Below are positions 52,848-64,000 of a stretch of 64,000 nt of DNA, one piece after another; positions within the stretch are counted from its first letter, which is position 1; every line of letters begins with the position of its first letter. The notes under the pieces were generated by a model. It saw nothing but the letters and a program-made list of their open reading frames with translations. It did not search any database and was not told where the DNA came from. The translations under genes were made by a program, and so were the position numbers. Source of the stretch: Anthoceros angustus (taxonomy: Eukaryota > Plantae > Anthocerotophyta); assembly GCA_010909165.1 (NCBI GenBank), contig MU008169.1:1178001-1242000 (forward strand). The letters run 5' to 3'.

Positions 52848-54681
52848 CTGCAAAGCGAGAGAATTAGAGTGGTCAAGGAACTTGACAACACAAACATCCG
52901 CAGAAGTTGACAAAAGACAAAATAAAAGCACTTACATGGTGTTGAACTTCCAGATAGGAACTGTCAAGGGTCTAACAATTGATTATAAAACAATCGACGA
53001 GGATAGGGATGGGGGATATGGCGACACATTCATTGAATATACACATTGTTAAATATTGAAATCCCTCCACTTTTGGTTAGTGAGAAGATAACTCCTTTCA
53101 AACAACACCCACATACTTCCGTAATAGAAGACTTTGTCGGCAAGTTAGATTTAAGAGGAAAAAACAAACAAAATAAGGTTATCCAGACACAAGCAGTATG
53201 CAGACAACATAACTCGAGATTCAATCATGACTTCAAATTCGAGCGAAATGGTTATCACGATTCACGCAGACCAATCGAATGTTGGCGGTCAACCCTTCAC
53301 ACGATGAACAATAAAGCCTACACACACAGGTAAAGAATTAGATTATTCACAGAGAACTCACAGCTACGTTAAAAGACAACGAGGTAATTATCAATGAGGA
53401 GAAATCATCAAGTTTAAAATCGTTCACATACCATATCGAGGTTACGAACAAAACGCCTTATCGTCAAAGGCGGTTATGCGCATCAAAGCAAGGACCTTAG
53501 AATAAGAATGAGGCACGTGACTGATGCGACAATATACAAAACACGAATTCAATAACTGGCGTTGTTGAATTACGTAACAAACAATAGATAGCATTTTTAA
53601 CGGAACATTCGTAAAGCAACAACAAAGGCGTTTCGACGTCAAACAAGGTCCCAAATGTGTCCGCCATACTCGTAAAACCTTTGGCATCAAAGCGGAGAGA
53701 GATCACACAAGCAACGACGCTCTCAGAAAGAGAGAAAAACAAGATTTTGCGATGACACAACAAACAACGATGGAACCATGACATGAGACAAATGTAAATC
53801 GCGACTAAAGCATTAACCAACCTTTCTTACGTCCAACAACCTCTTGCGTTTACTCCTGCGTTTCAAAAGGAATAGAAGACAATTAAGAACAAAATCGCTC
53901 AACATTATAAACAATGAAAGCTCAAGAGAAGATAGCATTCATTTTCCAACAGCAACATATGTAAACGCAGAGAAACCGATTGACACAAAAGACATTTGAT
54001 GACTTACCAAAGTGGTCCCGATCTATAACCGCCACTTCAACGAAAAGTTGATCGCATCAAAACACAACGGAGAGGGTTACAACACACGAGCAAAGCGAAA
54101 GTCGAACAAAGACTTGAAGCAGTTATGCGCTTTAACGACTGGGACCACGGCGACAACGGCGACAAATAAAGACACTTCCACCAAACAAACAATCAAGCAA
54201 TAAAGATTTTGCGAGAGAAAGAACACAAGCATCACATGCAGCATGAACAAAAGTAAGCCTAGCCAACCACAAAAGCTCAAAGCAGGCGAACACACGGCTG
54301 TCTTTGAGAAAGTAACACCATCGACACCAAAGACAAGCAAAGACCAGCGATGAACTACGACGAGAAATCAAATAGAACAACACTAGGGACATACAAATCG
54401 AGATAACATCTTAGCGGGTCTTTCCTAAGAAAGATAAACAATCAGCACAAGAACAACATAAACAACGACAAATACACAAAACATCCTCGATGTATATAGA
54501 AACTTGAATACACTACCACCATAGAGGTAGACAAAACACACAACGGCAATGAAGCAGACCAAAGCACGAAACTACTCCAGAAGCGGCACAAAACACAAAA
54601 GCAACGGGCCAAGCGGAAAAAAAAAACAACGTGAACGCAGATGGCCGACTTCAAATAGCGGCAAAAGGCCTTAAAGCGAAA

Positions 54682-55125
54682 CCTTGGCCTTGAAAAGAAC
54701 CTTGGCCTTGACTAAGCAAGCACATGGACCTTAGAGGCAAAGACACCTTGGCCTTCAACATGGGAACCCCTTGAAAAGAACCTTCAAAAGAGCAAGAACA
54801 CCTTGGCCTCAAACAACTTTACGACACCTTGGCCTTGAGCGAAGGCCTTAACATTGGAAAGGGCACGAAAAAGAAACCTTGGCCCCAAAACTTAACGACC
54901 TTCGCCTAGCAAACCTAGAACACCTTGGCCTTGAATGAGCTACAGCAGACCTTGGCCCGGAGCAACACACGTTGGCACAAACTAGAACTAGACCCTTCCC
55001 AAACAGAAGGAGGACCTTGGCCTAAACTAAACAGAGCAAAACACCTAAGCCTTGGCGCGGGAGACACCTCGGACTTGAAAAGACAGAATAAAAAGAACTC
55101 GCTATGAGGAAGCCATTTATATAGG
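54682..55125 (-). promoter_or_regulatory. Probable YR promoter: TATA (cctatataaat, ~55115-55125) and nine CCTTGGCC copies
   Basis: Exact motif at 54682, 54700, 54746, 54801, 54827, 54877, 54923, 54950 and 55015. Confidence 0.6.
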
Positions 55126-55559
55126 CCAGCAAACCCTAAATATTCCTCTGGCCTCTACTGGTGGTTTGAATTTACCGAACCTAACTTTCCGAGCCCAATT
55201 CCAAACCGTAGGTTGCCATTAGGCCGCCTCAACCAAACCTAGATTCATTTTCCAAACCTAGCCTAACGCCAAACCTAATCTCCGAACCCCGTCAGGCGTA
55301 ACACGAACCTCTGCGGCCAACCACCGCTCACGACCCCAGAACCCTAACTATGCCAGCACACCTAGGGTTGGTGTCCGCCAACACGCCGCCGCACTGCGGT
55401 CGGCGGTCCTCGATCCGCTCGCCCTGACCATTCGCTCACAATTTGGGAGTCCTCGGAGAAGGTCCGCAATCGGCTCTTCCTTTCATCTGTCGCCCTACAT
55501 GCGTCCACATCTTTGTTATCGGCTGTTCCCCATAGGTGGGTCGCTAATTGCACTCTCAA

Positions 55560-56220
55560 CGCTGAAACCGATCCGTCCAGCCCACACGGTCACTGCCATC
55601 GCCTCTCCACGCCAACCGCGACAGAAGTCTCATTGGCGTCCTCTGTCGGCGTCAAACACTTTCTTCTTTGTTTTCGTTGCAGACCAATTGCCACCCATCA
55701 CGCCATCTTCCGCTCTGGTAACATCGTCCTTTCGCCTTGCATGATTTAATTTCGAAGTCTCGAGACATAGACAAAACCTCGGGCGTCCTCCGTGGGTACG
55801 TTGTCAAGCACGCCGTCGTCTCTTCTCTTTGTTTTTTTTGCAGCCGATCGAGCAGCCGTCGCGAGCTTTCTTCGATCTTTCACAGGTTGTTCCATGAGTT
55901 GCTCCACCTCGCATGATTTAATTTGAAGTCTCGAGACATAGCCGCAGACCCTCGGCGCCTCCGTGGGTACGTTGTCAAGCATACTTACGTCATGTCTTTT
56001 CTTTTGTTTTTCGCAGCCCAATTCCAACGCGTCATCGCAGCTTTGCTTCGCCTCTGATATCTTATCGAGTGTGAGTTTGCGCCTTCAACGCCGCTTATCC
56101 GATTTGTGTTGTATATCGAGACATCGCACAAAACCGTCAGTCCGCATGACGTGCCAAGCGTAGTTGCCAACCTTACTTCCATTTGCTTGTTTTCTTTTCA
56201 AAGTCCACTCTGAGCATGTA
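55560..56220 (-). repeat. 3-4 degenerate ~170-bp tandem repeats, potentially coding (LDNVPTE..YVSRL)
   Basis: gcatgatttaattt..gaagtctcgagacatag..ctccgtgggtacgttgtcaagca at ~55739 and ~55911, with weaker units on each side. Confidence 0.7.
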
Positions 56221-56755
56221 AGCTTTGGTGTCGATATTTTTCGACGGCTTCGTTTGCGATCGCGATCTTTGCATGCTTTCCTAGATAGAAACCACTGGCC
56301 TTAGTGTGGTGTCCGCAGGGTCAACCATTCTCCGTAAGTCACCCTCCATCACGCATGCGTTAAAGAAGCATGCTTGTCAAATGTGTCGCATGGTAGTTCA
56401 CGCAGTTCAGGCATCGTAAGATGCGATTGCGTGCGTCGGTGAAACCACTGCATGTTGACGGTCAGCATGCGATGCATCAGCGCTGTAGATGCTGGCGACT
56501 CGCGCGCTCGTTTCACATGCGCGACCGCTTGTGGCGGCATGCAAACGCTAGGCGCCGTTTGCCGATCAACGGATTTGCCGCGCGGATGTTATGGACTTTG
56601 TAAACTCACGCCTCTCCTCTTTGATTGCGGAAGGTCACGCAAGAAGGCGCCACTCTAGTGTAAGTACGTCCTTCCAAATTCTCACTTTTCTTTTTCGATG
56701 GGATCCTTGTTCGATCGATTTGGCGGTATCTCTGATTGGTGGCTTTTTAATCGGG

Positions 56756-58453
56756 ATGGAATCGAGAACGGAAGCAATAACGATTTTCAAATCCAAGAAG
56801 GTACTTGATTATCGTTTCTTACTTTGCTTTTACTTTTACTTTTACTTTTACTAATATCTATTGTGTCAACCCCTGCAGAGAACTACATGACGCCACCCGT
56901 GAGCGCACTCGACAAATTACTTCCCACCCATGGGGATCCGAGGATATGCCTAACGAGTTTGAACCACCACTGGAGATAAGAAAGATCGTAGAAAAAGGTA
57001 TTCAGAAAAAATGATTGCTGGTATGTTTGTCCTGTATGTTCTTGTTGGTCAGAGTCTAACAAAACCCGTGGGTTGCAGTCCTCTGTGAGCACACAATGTT
57101 CTCTGTCATGGACAAACAAGACCTTAAGCATCTTTGTGAGATGCCTGCCCAGTTGAATAAGATAAAGAAGGTAAGCACTTTTCTTTAATTCGTAAACTTC
57201 AATCTTTTTATGCTCAAATCCAAAATCTTAACCTTAAATTTCTCTGCGGGATATCAAAAGAACCTTGAACAACTCAATTGAGCTGAAGCGTACACTTGTG
57301 GAAAGGTTTAATGGACACGATTTTCAATGCAAACAATGTTGGAGGGATATCAAAGTTCAATCCAGCATCGAGGTAATCAAATCCCTAATACATTCATACT
57401 TTCTTTGCTTCTTAACATTGACCTTATAACTTGGCATTACAGAATGCTGGAAAACAAGCTGTTGCCGCAAAAAACATAAAGGACAAAGTCGATAAGATTG
57501 ACAACAACATTGACAACGCAGCCATCTCCAATCAGGTATACAAAAAGTATTAGGTATATAATGTGCATTAATATGATTTGGTTTAAGAAATTAATGATTT
57601 TGGTTTTTGATCAGGCAAAAAAGAGAAAAATTGATGACTTCGAGGAGGATGGACCAACTTACGGGCCGTCACTTGAGTTCACCGAGTTTGGAAAGTGGAT
57701 GAGCAATTTTCAATATCCACCACTTTTTCAAGACTTTAAAGATAAGTATTCTGCACTTTGGGAGCATAGTCTAAAAGAGCAAGTACAGCCCATCTTGAAT
57801 GAAGATGGGTCCAACCCAACATTCGAGAGACAGACAAATCCAAGCAAGTAAGCGATAACTTCTCTTTTCTCTATTATTTTCATTACATATAATTCTATGT
57901 AATGTAATTATGCATTGAATGCGAGAGATAGGGGCAGCAATTGAAAATAAGGAGTTGAAAAAGCAGACTTGTTGTCTCTCATGGAAGAACCGAGACAACT
58001 AAAACATTCAAAAGGTACATCGTTTGAAAGGTAATATCCGCTTGCATTCCAAAAAATTCTAATGTTTATGTTTCTTGAACATACGATCACATTTCCGGTG
58101 TGGGGAATCTTCACAGACGTGTTTAACGCTTGTCGAAAAGGTATATGCAAAGAAAGATCTTCTCCGAATTGAAATGGAGGTAAATGACTAATTACTTTTA
58201 CTTTTTGTTTGTAGTTATCGGAGAATCAAAGCGAGTTGTTTTCACTCTTTGAGGTGAGTACTAAAGTTAAAAATAGATAAGTTTTATATATGAATTCGAC
58301 AATGGTTTAAATTGCGAAATATTCTCGCTTGGATGAAATATTGAAATGATAATACATTTATCTGGACCATACAATCAGCAGCTCAAAAGTACTATTCAAG
58401 AGACGGACGACGAACCATATTACACTCCATCTACTCCAATAGAATATGTGTGA
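56756..58453 (+). CDS. Multi-exon cargo gene of unknown function, with NLS-like KKRK
   Basis: ATG at 56756, about nine GT donors (e.g. 56801, 56998, 57170, 57373, 57536, 57847, 58015, 58141, 58254), exon AKKRKIDDFEEDGP..NPSK, stop after TPIEYV. Confidence 0.6.
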
Positions 58454-58767
58454 TTTAAAAATATTTTGATTAGAGCCTAATTACGGCGGTGATGATAATC
58501 CTTTTATTGTGTAAAAGGATTGAAAAAGCAATAATCTGATGAGTGAAGGGTAAATTCTTGTAAGAGAGAGAAATGACATATAAGCCGGGTGGTATAGGCA
58601 CCGGTCTACAAGTTCACGGACCTCGGCTCCGCAGTGCCGAAGTTAGGCGGCGTCGGCCCCAGACTCGGCTCCTTCGCTAGGGGCGGGCCGCGTCGGGCGC
58701 CGGCCTAGACGGTCTCGGCCTCACGGCCTCGGCCGTTCTCGGCCGTCGGCCTCGCCGTCCGTTCTAA

Positions 58768-59494
58768 TACATATCTACCTGTGTCACTCCGTGTCTTCCT
58801 ACCTGCACCACACCAGTGAGATATTTCACCATGCACATCTCCTTGCTGAGAACCCAAGGCTCGATACAGCTGCCTCCTACTGACTCCTATTCGGCGAGAC
58901 AACGAGGAAACAAGGTGGCTCCCTTTGATATCTTTAGACAGAATCATGTTGAAGAGCGTGTTCCGTGCCCGCAAATGGTCTCCAAATTGCACGTCCTTCA
59001 AACTTGAGCATGCAACCTTCAAGTTCTGCATGATCATTGCTGCCACCTCGCTATCCTTCGCAGTCTTTGCAGTCTCAACCCGATACTCTTTCAACAGTGG
59101 CAGCCGGCCAAAGAGCGCCAAGATGTCTTGTTTGCTCAGTGTATCTAGAAGTGAGATGCAAGAAATGTTGACCAATTTCCCGAGCCACCCTCATTTCACA
59201 TGTAAAGCATTCCACGCTCCTGTCGATTCGCTCAGGCCCGCCACTCTCCACTTCTTGACTCGTTGTGTTGAGGTCCGTGAGGCAACATCCCCAAGCCTTG
59301 CTTGATCCTCGCCTCCAACCGCATCCCCCTCCTCCCCCCCCCCACGCTTTCTTGAGATAGCCCCTTATCACACACACGCATCTGCCCTTCCGGACTTGCT
59401 CGCTCATACCGCGTGCACTGCCGACCTCGCGACGCTTGCTCTCGGCCATGCTCGCCTCGGCTTCAGTGAGCGTGCCATACCTCTTGAGGGCCAA
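58768..59494 (-). pseudogene. Sola2-like transposase N-terminus (HTH-like)
   Basis: LSRRIGVSRRQLYRAL..W...RKTRSDT continues into VKDVIVQFW at 48987. Confidence 0.7.
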
Positions 59495-59610
59495 AATGCG
59501 TGTGCCCGCTAGAGAGTCACCAAGCCCGATCTTGAGACCTTAAGCATCTTTGCGAGATGCTTGAGTGGCGGCATGCCGCGACACGCGTTGAGTGGCGGCA
59601 TGCCGCAACA

Positions 59611-62538
59611 CGCGGATGTTATGGACTTTGTAAACTCACGCCCCTCTCCTCTTTCGTGAATTCGAGCTGACCAAAGGTCACGCAAGAAGGCGCCACTCTA
59701 GTGTAATCGTCCTTCAATTCTCAACTTGTTTTCTTGGATCGTCTTGTTCATCGATTTGGCGGTATCTCATGATTGTCTTGATGGCTTTTGAATCGGGATG
59801 GAATCGAGAACGGAAGCAATAACGATTTTCAAATCCAAGAAGGTACTTGATTGTAATATTTATACGCTTTACTTTGCTTTTACTTTTACTAATATCTATT
59901 GTGTCAACCCGCAGACAAGAAATGCCACCCGTGAGCGCACTCGACAAATTACTTCCCACCCATGGGGATCCGAGGATATGGCTAACGAGTTTGAACCACC
60001 ACCGCTGGAGATAAGAAAGATAGTAGAAAAAGGTATTCGGAAAAATGATTGCGTTAGTCTGTATGTTCTCGTTGGTCGAGTCTAACAAAACCCGTGGGTG
60101 TCCTCTGCGAGCACACAATGTTCTCTGTCATGGACAAACAAGACCTTAAGCATCTTTGCGAGATGCACCTTGATTGAATAAGATAAAGAAGGTAAGCACT
60201 TTTCTTTAATTCATAAACTTGATCTAATTATGCTCAAATCCAAAATCTTAACCCTAAATTTATCTGCGGGATATCAAAAGAACCTTGAACAACTCAATTG
60301 GGTGAAGCGTACACTTGTGGAAAGGTTTAATGGACACGATTTTCAATGCAAACAATGTTGGAGGGATATCAAAGTTCAATCCAGCAAGATCGAGGTAATC
60401 TAATACATTCATACCTTCTTTGCTTCTTCACATTGACCTTCTTATAACTTGGCATTCTGAGAATCTTTGGAAAACAAGTGTCATAAAACATAAAGGACAA
60501 AGTCGATAAGATTGACAACAACATTGACAACGCAGCCATCTCCAATCGTATACAAAAGTATTAGGTATATAATGTGCATTAATATGATTTTGGTTTAAGA
60601 AAGTAATGATTTTGGTTTTGATCGGGCAAAAAGAGAAAAATTGATGACTTCGAGGAGGATGGACCAACTTACGGGCCGTCACTTGAGTTCACCGAGTTTG
60701 GAAAGTGGATGAGCAATTTTCAATATCCACCACTTTTCAAGACTTTAAAAATAAGTATTGCAATTTGGGAGCATAGTCTAAAAGAGCAAGTACATTTATC
60801 TTGAATGAAGATGGGTCCAACCCAACATTCGAGCAAGACAAATCCAAGCAAGTAAGCGATAACTTCTCTTTTCTCTATTATTTTCATTACATATAATTCT
60901 ATGTAATGTAATTATGCATTGAATGCGAGATAGGGGCAGCAATTGAAAATAAGGAGTTGAAAAGCAGACTTGTTGTCTCTCATGGAAGAACCGAGACAAC
61001 TAAAACATTCAAAAGGTACATCGTTTGAAAGGTAATATCGCTTGCATTCCAAAAAAATTCTAATGTTTATGTTTCTTGAACATACGATCACATTTCCGGT
61101 GTGGGGAATCTTCACAGACGTGTTTAACGCTTGTCGAAAAGGTATATGCAAAGAAAGATCTTCTCCGAATTGAAATGGAGGTAAATGACTAATTACTTTT
61201 ACTTTTTGTTTGTAGTTATCGGAGAATCAAAGCGAGTTGTTTTCACTCTTTGAGGTGAGTACTAAAGTTAAAAATAGATAAGTTTTATATATGAATTCGA
61301 CAATGGTTTAAATTGCGAAATATTCTCGCTTGGATGAAATATTGAAATGATAATACATTTATCTGGACCATACAATCAGCAGCTCAAAAGTACTATTCAA
61401 GAGACGGACGACGAACCATATTACACTCCATCTACTCCAATAGAATATGTGTGATTTAACCAAAAATATTTTGATTAGAGCCTAATTACGGCATGTGATG
61501 ATAATCCTTTTATTGTGTAAAAGGATTGAAAAGCAATGATACGATGGTGAAGGGTAAATTCTTGTAAGAGAGAAATGACATATAAGCCGGGTGGTATAGG
61601 CTACATTAGACTGCCCGCCTCGCCGCAGTTGAGTTACCCCGCCCGACTCGGCCGCTCCTTACGCTTAGGAACGGACGTGGCGCGCACGGCCTAGACGGTC
61701 TCGGCCTCACGGCCTCGACCGTTCTCCGTGACGCCCTCCTTCGCTCCCCGGTTCCTTCGCCTTTGTCACTCCGTGTCTTCCTACGCACCACACCGAGATA
61801 TTTCACCATGCACATCTCCTTCTTGAGAACCCAAGGCTCGATACAGCTGCCTCCTACCGACTCCTATTTGGCGAGACAACGAGGAAACAAGGTGGCTCCT
61901 TTGATATCTTTAGACAGAATCATGTTGAAGAGCGTGTTCCGTGCCCGCAAATGGTCTCCAAATTGCACGTCCTTCAAACTTGAGCATGCAACCTTCAAGT
62001 TCTGCATGATCATTGCTGCCACCTCGCTATCCTTCGCAGTCTTTGCAGTCTCAGCCCGATACTCTTTCAACAGTGGCAGCCGGCCAAAGAGCGCCAAGAT
62101 GTCTTGTTTGCTCGCAGAGGTGTATCTAGAAGTGAGATGCAAGAAATGTTGACCAATTTCCCGAGCCACCCTCTGTTTCACGCGAAGTGAGCATTCCACG
62201 CTCCCTGTCGATTCGCTCAAGGCCCGCTGCACTGCTCTCCACTTCTTGACTCGTTGTGTTGAGGTCCGTGAGGTGGTCAACATCCCCAAGCCTTGCTTGA
62301 TCCTCGCCTGCCTCCAACCGCATCCCCCTCGCTCCCGCCCCCACGCTTTCTTGAGATAGCCCACTTCTATCACACGCATCTGTCCTTCCAGACTTGCTCG
62401 CCTGCTCATGCATGCTGACCTCTGGCGGCGCTTGCTCTCGGCCCATGCTCGCCTCGGCTTCAGTGAACGTGCCATACCTCTTGAGGGCCAAAATGCGTGT
62501 CGCCGCTAGAGAGTCACCAAGCCCGATCTTGACGACCT
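59611..62538. repeat. Tandem ~2.95-kb duplicate of 56581-59538 (cargo gene, YR right end, transposase N-terminus)
   Basis: Co-linear and near-identical, both starting cgcggatgttatggac. Confidence 0.92.
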
Positions 62539-64000
62539 TTCACTGTGATGTCTTCACATGGCTGCAGCAACCATGCGCGCCCGTGTGAGACCAAACCCTA
62601 AACATCTAGCTTGGACCCAGTTCTACATGGTTCAGATTTCACCCACCCCAGCGCCTCTGAACAATCGCAACAAATGGCTGTTCCGCTGAGCCCGCGTGCA
62701 TCCATTGGCGGATTGTTGCGTGTAGATGCCTACCTCCACTGAGCCAACTTGTTTGTGGCTTCGAATGAAGCACCCACTGGGCGTCATCAGCATCACCTAC
62801 AGGCCATGCTCGCACACGGCTTCCCGCTGTGTTTGAAGTACTTGATGAAACCGAGATGCTTGATGTCAGCCCATAAAATTAACAAGTGCACTGGCGGTGC
62901 GTCCGTGGTGGGGCGCCAGTAAAGGTACGGACCATTTTCCCTCCTTCGCTCCCCCGGTTCCTTCGCTCCCCCGGTTCGTAAAAATAACATGGCACAATGG
63001 ACAAGTGTCGAGGACATTGCCCGTCTTAGCATCCCCGGACCAAGGCATTTTTTTTCAAGGTCTTTTTTTCCCTAATCTAATTTCATATTTTAACCTCAGA
63101 TACATACATAAGAATACTATCATCTATAAAAATACCAGACCGTTTGGAAACGAAATCAATTATATAAAATTATATTCAATATAAGAGGACAAAAGAAGGA
63201 TGTTTCAACCGTTACGCACCAAAGTGAGCACCAAACCATGCATCTGCCCGGTTATGGAGATCCCGTCCTCCGTGATGACACCAGCTTGAGGATGAGTCGT
63301 CGGTTAATCGGAACCAAAGCAGCTACGCCGAGACGATGCACGCATCAGACAACACCATCTGGGGCTGTTACAAGAACCTCGCGCATCGGGACATCACCAA
63401 CACAATTCGAGCGACCCAAAATCTACCACCGTCTTCCAATCCCAACTCATTGTGCGACACGGAGCGCGCTTGGTGGGTACGAGACTGGATGCACGCAACC
63501 AAAGAGTGTTGCAATTTTGAAGTGGTACATAAAGTGAAAGACCAAGCATTGTGTTAGGATGGTGGGAGAAGGTAGAGAAAAAATTGACCAACTGAACACC
63601 AAGCCATCAAAACGTATTGCAAGTTAGAAGTGTTACATAAAATTGCAACAACAACTGTAACAAGGGCAGGTGGCAAATTATTAACAATGCTTGTGAGAGA
63701 GGGGGTGTACCCATAAGGGTGAGGTGGGAAGAGAGAGTGGCAGGTTCGTGTTAAGATGGCTGCACCAAACGGGGTCAGAACTGACAAACTTAATACCAAG
63801 CCTCCAAAGCATGTTGCAATGTGGAAGTGTAACAAAAAATTGCAACATCGACTGTAACATAGGCTGGCTTTTCTAGTAGGGTGCAGAGGCTGTGGAGGAT
63901 AGCGCCTTGAAATGCACCATGGCGAATAGGGCGCCCCCCAATGGATCCCCTTGCCTTGTACCTGTCGCCGAGTGGAGAACCGAAACGCCTTTGGTAGCTG

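Larger units (their letters stand above)
48991..58767 (-). mobile_element. ~9.8-kb tyrosine-recombinase (Crypton-like) element with cargo genes
   Basis: Splits the transposase at RSDT.DM-Y-VKDVI, with TA on both flanks. No TIR or LTR. GC-rich GGCCTCG-bearing ends. Contains a spliced YR gene. Confidence 0.75.

Noticed and set aside
48991-58767. Tc1/mariner (TA duplication) or Helitron (CTAA end after GC-rich hairpins) identity for the insert
   Set aside because: No TIRs or DDE transposase. No 5' TC, A|T target or Rep/helicase. The encoded enzyme is a tyrosine recombinase.
62560-64000. Sola terminus or a further gene
   Set aside because: No inverted repeat matching ~43220, and only short unassignable ORFs.

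Overview
Eukaryotic, repeat-saturated window, most likely from a non-seed streptophyte (inferred from Athila-, copia- and CACTA-type elements plus GT-AG introns). It has no recognisable ordinary host gene. The sequence is indel-rich, so most frameshifts and some tandem duplications may be long-read or assembly noise. Left to right: (1) 1-10.1 kb, a head-to-tail array of intronless unknown genes separated by a conserved TATA/GGCCAAGG spacer; (2) a Ty1/copia RT-RNaseH remnant split by a 1.65-kb TG..CA insert; (3) a tandem Athila-like Ty3 structure with two 1.1-kb LTRs, PBS, gag-PR-RT, a CACTA Tnp2 fragment and an accessory ORF family (ORF-X); (4) the 3' half of a second ORF-X retroelement; (5) a RING-finger gene and a Sola2-like DDD transposase. 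The most notable feature is a ~9.8-kb element (48991-58767) inserted at a TA inside that transposase. It has no TIRs or LTRs, encodes a spliced Crypton/DUF3504-like tyrosine recombinase (absent from the ORF track as a single ORF because of introns and frameshifts), and carries one or two additional cargo genes.
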